A stretch of DNA of 59,716 bases, counting the filler, from Nemertoderma westbladi (Eukaryota > Animalia > Xenacoelomorpha), in the NCBI GenBank assembly GCA_032718475.1. It is 4 parts of 4 records of this genome, joined end to end, with 100 filler letters (N's around TTAATTAATTAA, not from the genome) between each part and the next. Parts side by side here need not be neighbours in the genome. Positions count along the whole stretch, not along the records: positions 51,810 to 59,716 come from JAUCBJ010008441.1; 3 more parts are not named here. One strand, given 5' to 3'. Position 1 is the first letter of the stretch. Every line of letters starts with the position of its first letter. This document shows, in pieces, positions 51,710 to 59,716 of the stretch. A model generated the notes under the pieces. That model did no database searches, was not told the origin of the DNA, and worked only from the letters and a program-made list of their open reading frames with translations. The translations under genes and the position numbers were made by a program.

Positions 51710-51809
51710 NNNNNNNNNNNNNNNNNNNNNNNNNNNNNNNNNNNNNNNNNNNNTTAATTAATTAANNNNNNNNNNNNNNNNNNNNNNNNNNNNNNNNNNN
51801 NNNNNNNNN
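51710..51809. other. Assembly gap with artificial TTAATTAATTAA linker
   Basis: 100-bp N run with the same central 12-mer. Confidence 0.97.
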
Positions 51810-52027
51810 AACAGTGATGCATGCTTAGTGAGCAGTAGTACACAGCGGCAGCACAGTACCTGAATACTGTAGTACAGTACCCTACCTGTACAGTATTTGG
51901 CCTCAGATGCCAGAATCTGAGGACCTAGGCTACCTACTGTCCACTGACCTACAGACCTACCTTACGGTACCTAGCTGATTTCACATATATCGGTAAGCGG
52001 TATCGACTGCAACCAGTCACCAGTAAT

Positions 52028-52843
52028 ATGTTTTGCTTATACTGTGGAGTGAAAGTTCCGGATGTACATGGGGCAAAATTCTGCCCTAACTGTGGTTTGT
52101 CAGCAACTGCTGGGGAAGTAGGCCTAACTAGGCCTCCGGGAGCAGTTATAGTGGTCTATGCCAGCCTAATGTAGTGGATCAGTCCTGCTCCGATACCGGT
52201 ACCAGTATAAGCGCCGGTGGATCTGGTACCAGTATCGATAGTTCTACAGGGTTAGGCTTGCTACCCTTTTCAGGTTTCCTAAAAAGTAAAAAGCGTGGAC
52301 ATATACATTCGGGAGCAGAACCATTATCAAAGTCCATTAAGATTAATCTGATGGAAGTGTCAATTTGGGCCTCAGCAATGAAGTATAATGCGAAGGAGGG
52401 TTGTTTGAAAACTATACGTTATTAGGGTTCCCCCGGATGCCAACTACAACATTATATTACAACGAGCTTTTGAGAAGTTGTGCGGTTTTTTCACAGACGT
52501 TTTTGATGAAAGTTTATTAGTTGAGGATTTTGATCTATGCTACACTGATGGTAAATTGGCAAACAAAATGCGACGACCCAATGACGATGATGATTTTTGT
52601 TTGAAAAAACTGAAAGACTATCTTGAGAAAGATTATAACCGGATAACACTCGGTTTATGTTTGAAATCGGACTATGAGAATTCAATTAAGAAGAAACTTA
52701 ATACCGGTTGTTCATTAGTTTCAAATTCTCTAGATCTAACTACTACCTTTTTACCAATGAGTAGGCCTATAAAACAGCAACTACCACCCTCAACTATATC
52801 CGAAGGAAGCAGTGCAATTGGAACAGCGGATATTATTGTATAG
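52028..52843 (+). pseudogene. Disrupted gene fragment with an N-terminal zinc ribbon (MFCLYCG...KFCPNCG), probably TE cargo
   Basis: ATG at 52028 opens a double CxxC. Downstream frameshifted segments read LPFSGFLK, ANYNIILQRAFEK, LCYTDG and KDYNRITLGLC. Confidence 0.5.
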
Positions 52844-53025
52844 GATAGTAGTGATGATGAGGAATATCAGAATGTAAATCTGCAAATCAACGACCCTGGT
52901 GGTTGTAAAATAATCGTAAAGTTATTAATCACATAATAATTAAATAAAAAGAGCACCTACTGTATGTATATAATATGTATGTAATGTAATGTAATGTATT
53001 GTATGGTAGTATGTAATGTACATAA

Positions 53026-53090
53026 TACCTACAACCCACAGTACCTACAACACACAGTACCTACAACCCACAGTACCTACAACCCATAGT
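53026..53090. repeat. 16-bp minisatellite (acaaccca(c/t)agtacct), left part, ~4 units
   Basis: Same unit as 55571-55807. Confidence 0.9.
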
Positions 53091-55570
53091 GTGTATACTT
53101 GGTACTTTTTTAAGTGTGGAGATGGTGTATATTATATAGTATATACTTCAAATTGCACTATTACACCCTATCACCAAATCTGATTTATACAATGAGGTAC
53201 AGTGATACGGATGTAAGGGGGAAATTCAAAACAGTTGGTTGTTTATGTTGTACTGGTCAGCTATTGTAGGCCTGTACGACTGCGCTGTCCTACCAGACCA
53301 CAGACTACGGCTCAGTGTCGGCGTTGTCCAACCGAATGGAGGCATCGGACACTGGACAGTGAAACGGCCGTTTAGAGGCTGACCTACAACCTAGAAGGCA
53401 GAGCAGGGAGGAATGAAGCAACGCGAAGTTTAACTTGTGCCAGATCCACGTGACGCATTCCGAGTACCTGACCTCGCGTTTGTCCGCGAGCTTCTGTCCC
53501 AGGCGTTTAACAAACTGGCGCATGGTCGGCGCCATCCCGCCAAAGGCCGAGAATATGAGGGGGACGAAAGTAGAATGTTCCACCTCCCGTATCCTCTCCT
53601 CGTACTTAAGAATCTTACGATTCTCGTGGTGGAGTTGCGCTGCATCTAGGGACATAGCCGCGTTCGTCGCCGCCAGCGGGTTAAACATGGACACGTCAAT
53701 GAACGACCGTTGGAATCGGTTTCCCCAGAAGCCACTCACAGACATCCAGCCTTGCCTGCTGGTCCGTCGAGGTGGTACGATGGGTGAAAGTTTCACCGGA
53801 TAACGGCTGGAGCATCGGCTCAACAGCAACATTGTAGGCGACCTCAGTGAGCGAGTTGGCGACGAAATCACATATCTCATTGTGCCTGATGGAGGGGAAA
53901 CCTCCAGTTGGGCACGACAGGACGTGGGTTGCAGAAAATCGCGCCCCACAGGCACAACGAGATGGTAGATTCTTTGGACACCAACCGTAGCGGAGACACA
54001 CTGCATCTGAGTAACTTGTAGGGTTAGTGGCTTGGAATTTAACCAAGCTGACGCATCTTTTTCTGTTGTGAGTTCACACAGTTTACGTTGGTCTGTGGGT
54101 AACTGGGTGTATACTTGTTCCCTTTTAGTACGAGACGATGTTACGGACTCCGCCTTCACCTCGGTCACGATCCGTCTCTGTTCAGTCTGCACCGCTGCCA
54201 TCGACTCCGCATCTGCGAACGGTTCACAGACTCGGCGCGAGTGGTCGTACTGCGTCTCCAAGTCAGAAGGAACCGGGATACCCAATCCGCCATCCCGAGT
54301 TGGGAGGGAGACTAGTTGGCGTTCAACCGCCGATAGTGACGGCCTGTCGAGCAGTTTGGCAATGAACCGCTGCACCGTCTCCTCCAGCTTCCCGAAGTGC
54401 TCCGTCGCGTTGGGGATGATGCGGGTTAGGAACCTCCACCTGCAGGAGAGCCCGAACGCCAAACCGGCGTACGCGCAGTGGGGGTCCACCGCGGCAATCT
54501 CGGCGAGTCAATCGACTTCCTCCGCGAACTCATCGACTTTCTCCTCGACGTAGCTGGCACAAAATTCCTCAGTACTGACAACGCCGCCGAGTAGCTTGTT
54601 GCCCGTCGTATCAATTGCGACGATGGTGTTCGCAAACAACGCCTCCACCTCCACTAACTTATCTGGCTTTACAGTCAGGACACACTTCGATGGGTAGTAC
54701 CCGTACAACGGTCCCCTTGAACACGCGTTATCAAAGAACTTCCTGAGTTCTCCCAGTCGGCTCCCCGCATTCCCATTGTCCGCAAACCACTTCTGTTCCA
54801 CGTCACACCCGCGGTCCAGTTCGTCTAGGAGCGGCGTTATACCAGAGCCAAACATCGGCATCGCCACCGGGTCTCCTTGGGTGGAACCCTCCTCCGAGTA
54901 GAGGGTTTCCCCGCCGACGAATAGCCGCGCTGTTTAACACATTAAATGCGTTGGTAGCGTCGATCTGTAATATGCCGTCGCAGTCCTCAGAGGCAAAGGA
55001 ATCGTTTAAACTGTGTATCGCGTGTTCGATTCCCGCTTTCTGTCCGAGACACATCTGGACAGATCCGCCGACGACCTGTAAATCTGGACTGATACACAGC
55101 ACCGTCGCCTTTCCGATTACCCGCCGGAGCACCTCGCCTATCCCGATTGGGCGGACGTTCTTGTCGAGGGCCAACAGACGAGACGAGAGCAACGCAGACA
55201 GCGACCCGGGGGGGACAACAACCTGGGCTAGATGCTTTGCCAGGTCAGTGATTCTCTCGCACAGCTCAGCCGACGGATTGCAAAACCTTGTTAGGTGTTT
55301 CCACCCCTGAATGTCCAGGCCAGATGGCCCCGCCGCGTTTCCCTTCATCCGAAGTAAACATGACTGGATGCATGGACCATCCAGTCGTTCGAACACAACA
55401 TTGTGGAACTCCGGCGTGCGATCAAACTCTGTCAGTAAAACTGACTCATCCGCGGGTTTCGCAGCGGGGTGTTTCTCACACAGGACATTGCGGACTACAT
55501 TTGTTACCCCGTCCTTGTTGGTAAACGTATCGTCCAGGCGGAGCGGTTTGCCTCTAGTCAGGTCGCGGTC
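53091..55570 (-). mobile_element. 5'-truncated, decayed CRE-clade non-LTR retrotransposon (RT + restriction-like endonuclease) with a 12-bp TSD
   Basis: RPIGIGEVLRR, QIDATNAFN, GSTQGDP, WFADNG (D replaced by N), LPTRDGGLGI, ASAWL, CACG...HVLSC, RHNEICD, ARLD, FIDV, HENRKILKY, FVPLIFSAFGG. TSD ACAACCCATAGT at 53079-53090 and 55571-55582. Confidence 0.88.
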
Positions 55571-55807
55571 ACAACCCATAGTACCTACAACCCACAGTAC
55601 CTACAACCCACAGCACATACAACCCACAGTACCTACAACCCATAGTACCTACAACACACAGTACCTACAACCCACAGTACCTACAACCCATAGTACCTAC
55701 AACCCATAGTATCTACAACCCACAGTACCTACAACCCACAGTACCTACAACCCACAGTACCTACAACCCATAGTACCTACAACGCACAGTACCTACAACC
55801 CATAGTA
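55571..55807. repeat. 16-bp minisatellite, right part, ~15 units
   Basis: Visible tandem units, cut abruptly by the LTR at 55808. Confidence 0.95.
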
Positions 55808-56302
55808 TGTGATGGGATCAGAGATCCCGACCGGGTTAGATATGTACGCATCACCGTTCTGCTGGGCAGTCGTGCTAGTTGCTTTGGCCAAAGGCCGTTG
55901 GGGAAAACAATAAGACGTAATAGCACGTCGGTAGTGATACAGATGTAATAGCAGAAAAATACAGATTAATTGTTAATGGCAGTGATGGTCATTAACTATG
56001 ACCGGTCTGCACTGACTGAGTAACTGAATCAACTGACCGGTAAATCAGTAATGTAAGATAATATATATGATTAACACACATGAATATTGATTTCACCTCT
56101 TACTGTACTTTGGCCCTCTGTACCCAATGGATACTTTCCTATCTCTAATCACGTGCTTCCCTCCCCACTATTGGCTAATATACTAATTGTCACTTTGGCA
56201 CTCCCTGTGAGTGTTTCCCCCCGCTGCTAGCCTCTACTAGCTGTCTTCCCTCCGAGGTGGTTTGACCTCTCACCTTTCTCTGTGACTTTAGGGCTTGTGT
56301 CA
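55808..56302 (-). mobile_element. 3' LTR (495 bp) of an LTR retrotransposon
   Basis: TG...CA boundaries (TGACAC...ATCACA on the minus strand) and an immediately preceding polypurine tract AAGTTTGGGGGGGGG (56303-56317). Internal CCAAT and CACGTG. The partner LTR is outside the window. Confidence 0.72.
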
Positions 56303-57148
56303 CCCCCCCCCAAACTTGGTTGTGATACAAGATTAATATTGGTAATCTTGTATCCCCAACATATAGCTAAAATGCCACTGGTCCCATTTTCTGGTGGGTA
56401 ATGAAGTGGAATTGAATCCGCTTACACTCCCCCCCATGCTATCTTCCTGGTGAGAAGATAGCATTAACCTTAAGTGCGCTTCAATTCCGCTGGAACCCAA
56501 TCTACTATCGGGTGTGGGGTGGAGTTCTTTTCTCGGGGTCGGCTTTCCAGGCCCCCCCCCCCCCCCTGGGTATGTTATTGCTACCCCTCCTTGGTGCAAT
56601 CGCGAGCTATGTTGCACCAAGGTATCTGGCGTCTCTACGATTGCGCTCTCTCTTCACACAATTTTTCAGAACCTCACTCTAATCCTAGTCTCGGACCTCG
56701 TCATCCCTTACTCTCTTTCTCGCAGACCTCGCTGTCCCTCTCTCTTACTGCTCGCAGCCCGCACTTGAATTGCACTCCTCTAATTTCTATGCACGTCAAC
56801 ACCTCCTCTCCATACTTGCCCGTTCTCCTATACTCAACCCACATTTTGTTTACATCCTTCGTACCCTCCTGTGAAGCTCCCACATCCTCATTAGTGTGGC
56901 CACACTTGAGAAATGGGATCCGTCTAGTGTCTCGTCCAGTTATCGTAGTCAAGTGGTCCCCAATCCCAGTAGCTAATTGGAAAAGGTTATATATGACTAT
57001 AGTACTTACTTTGATTATATTAATTGTAATTATATTGATTATTTACATATGTACATACTAATTGCACTTAATTATTTTGCACTTAGGAGTTCGGATTACT
57101 CCCACGTGTGGTGACTTCCAGGCACGCCCACATCTCCCTCTCTGAGTT

Positions 57149-59583
57149 CTAGTTTGCTCCCCCCGTCTTCGGGAACCATCTTAGTTCTTTCCCCCTGTCA
57201 TTGTCTTGTCTGGGCCGCTTCCTTCCCTCTGGCTTGTCCTCTCTGAGACTCCTCATTCTTGCCGTTACCGCCTTGCTGATTCCTGTGGTCGATTCTTTGG
57301 GCGTTGGTGTTATCAACTCCCGGTAACGCTTTGCAGGTGGCCCTTCAGAATGCCCCTCCTGCTTCCCCCTGGTAGCGTCCCACAAGATCATTTTCATCGT
57401 TTGCGGCACGTGCTCTGCCAGAAAATCCCTGAACTCGCCTCTGTTTTCTGGCGTCCACCTGTCCAAGTACCTCTGCGTGTTGATGACTCCTCCATACGAC
57501 GCCGCTGTCGTTACCTCTTGGTATGTGAATGGCAGTCTCCTCTTGATAATCTCCAGATGGGCTTCCGGATTGATGTTGAAGAAACCCCACCGGAACTCCT
57601 GGGCCTTCATCCTCTGTCGCGTCATAACGCCGACGTCGGCCCACTCCTCGAAGATCTTAAACTTCTCCTCATTGTCCATCTAATCACACTGGCGCCCATA
57701 GTGCCCTCAGAAGTTACACTTTGAGCAGCGGTTGTGCAGCCTCGGACATGCTCCCATTCTATGGCTCGACTCACGGCAGTAGAGGCAACTCGTCCCCTTC
57801 TGAAATCGATACAAACAGCTCTTTTCCTGGTGAGTTAGCCTCCCGCAGTAATCACAGCCGTGTATCAACGCATCCCACCCCAAGTCGTCTTTTGCCCCGA
57901 GCGGTCTCCTCGGTCTGTGGAGCCGTTGGTAGGCAAACTTCTGGACATTGATGTCTCTATCCATATCCACGTCCTCCTCCCGCCTCGGCATCGTCTCTCC
58001 AAACACTACCCATGGTGCCGTTCCCGGCTGCTCGCCCAACCTGATGATGCTCCCCGCGAAATCCATTGCCGGCTCCTCGTGCACCTAGGTCTGCTTGCCG
58101 GGTTTATCCCAGAAGGCCCTCACCCCACTGGCCGTCACCACTCTCCCGCCCACCCAGTCCGTATCTGAGTGGCCGATCCTCTTAATGGGCGGCATCTACC
58201 CGAACTCATCGTCATCTTCCTCCGTCGCTGGGAGTGGATCCAGACCCGGTATCCTGGTAGATCCACTGTGCCCCTTTCCGCCTTGGCTTCCACCCGTAAC
58301 TTTCCACCCTTCCTGTTCCCTTGGTCTCTTTCTCACGAAATCGCCTCAGAGCCTGCTGGCATGGGCATCACTTGCAATCCCGATGTCAATTGTTTCGGCG
58401 ATTCTTCCGTCCATCCCAGCTCCTCCCCCAGAAACTCGCCCGAGCTCCCTGATCCCCACCTCAGCTCGTCCAAGTTCTGGGCTTCGAACCCGTAATCCTC
58501 TCCCCTTATGTCCGCCTCTCTCTCATCTGCTTCCCTCCTTTCTCGCCTGGCGACTTCTTCCAGTCGCTTCTCCTCGACTCTATCCGCTTCCAGCTTCTCC
58601 CATCTCTTGTATGGTGTATCCACCTCTCTGTCTACTAGGTGCCGGCTGTTGTAGTACACCGACTCGCCCTTCAGCCCCGGGTGGTCTACCAGACCTTCGA
58701 AGGCCACCTTAAAGGCTCTTCTGCAGTTTAGAGGTGCTCCTGCCAGCAGAAATTCCGTTGGATCGCTTCTGATAACCATGGCCATGAATAGGTTTAGTAA
58801 ACCTATCATTATCCAATCCTCCTGTAGGATATATCTCTTCTGATATATCTTTATCGCTCCTCTCCGGAACTGATACACCTCCTGTTTCCCCATTTCAGCG
58901 AGTTCGCCAGCACCGCTCCATCCTTCTCCCGGAACTTACCCCAGTCCAACGGCTTGTGGCAGACGAGCCCCATGAGCTGACCCGATCTCTCCAATGATCC
59001 TCTCCGCATCGTCGTGGATCGCCGATCCCACCTTCACCGTAGTCTTCTCCCTCACTAGGTCTTGCACCGCCCTTGGCAACCGGTTTAACTTTGGCCCGCT
59101 CTTCTTCCCGTAGGTTCCTATATCGAATAGAAAGATGTCTCCATTTGGCGCAGCCAAATGCAGTAGTATGGTTCTAGCCGATCCCGCTGACCCTCTTCTC
59201 AAGCCCTCGCCGTCCTCCACAGTCCCCTCGTCGTCTAGGACCATGTATCCGCCCCTACTCACAGACTCTACAAACCTCCTCCATTCCTTTCTCGGTGGTT
59301 CCCTCGGATACTTTGGTATCCTGAACTTCGCTTCGTCTCCCTTCACTAAGTAGTGAAAATGCTCGAGGATCGTGTTGTCCAGCGACGGTGTCCAGTAGGT
59401 CCTGACCAGTCGTCTCTCGTGCATCTCCCTGAAGTGGTCCTGCAGCGCTCGTGCTTTGTGACCCTTCACTAACGGCTTGTAGTATCCCCTTGTATTTTCC
59501 TCCAGATGCCTTTGCGTGAAGTCCACTAGTATCTCCTTTCCACTCCTCTCCGTCTTTCTCTTCTTAACTAGTCTCTCCGCCAT
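57149..59583 (-). pseudogene. Decayed ~810-codon accessory ORF: DEDDy (WRN/EXD-like) 3'-5' exonuclease + charged coiled coil + 3 CCHC zinc knuckles
   Basis: ATG at 59583 (MAERLVKKRK). Exonuclease motifs YMVLDDEG, ILLHLAAPNGDIFLFDI, LPRAVQDLVREKTTVKVGSAIHDD and YQKRYILQED. Knuckles CDYCGRLTHQEKSC, CLYCRESSHRMGAC and CSKCNF*GH. The fragments are joined by a few stops and frameshifts. Confidence 0.72.
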
Positions 59584-59716
59584 TACGAACTTTCTCTCTC
59601 GCTCACCTTCTTGGTGGTGCCTTACCAAGGCTCAAGTAGATGAGTGATGTTTAGTAAGATGGTCTGTGTAGGTTCAGTAATGGCCTATCTCTTACAAATC
59701 CTAATTTATACTATAT

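Noticed and set aside
53435-58712. Numerous plus-strand ORFs of 70-205 aa
   Set aside because: Antisense shadows of GC-rich minus-strand retroelement coding sequence, with no motifs of their own.

Overview
AT-rich, repeat-dense eukaryotic (probably invertebrate animal) genomic DNA. It consists of four contigs joined by artificial 100-bp N+TTAATTAATTAA spacers (17255, 30105, 51710), so adjacency across those joins is unproven. Most of the window is transposon-derived or tandem-repeat sequence. Retroelements: fragments of several LINE clades, one young CR1 with an intact ORF2, a Gypsy fossil, a tRNA-derived SINE, a CRE-clade RLE retrotransposon inserted with a 12-bp TSD into a 16-bp minisatellite, and the 3' end of an LTR element. 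DNA elements: two nested foldback/MULE-like elements and a decayed Polinton/Maverick-type pPolB element. A spliced host gene can be traced on the minus strand (exons at 45612-45654, 41524-41664, 39502-40047, 33604-33843). It begins MPRTKQSNPKP and has an AT-hook. The most unusual signals are two. (1) The LTR element carries, in the env position, a ~810-codon decayed ORF with a DEDDy 3'-5' exonuclease plus three CCHC knuckles. (2) The pPolB element shows no other Polinton genes, ends in a ~300-nt multi-branched hairpin terminating in ACTACT, and is fused tail-to-tail to an internally deleted inverted copy of its own polymerase gene. Family assignments come from motif recognition by eye; no database searches were run.
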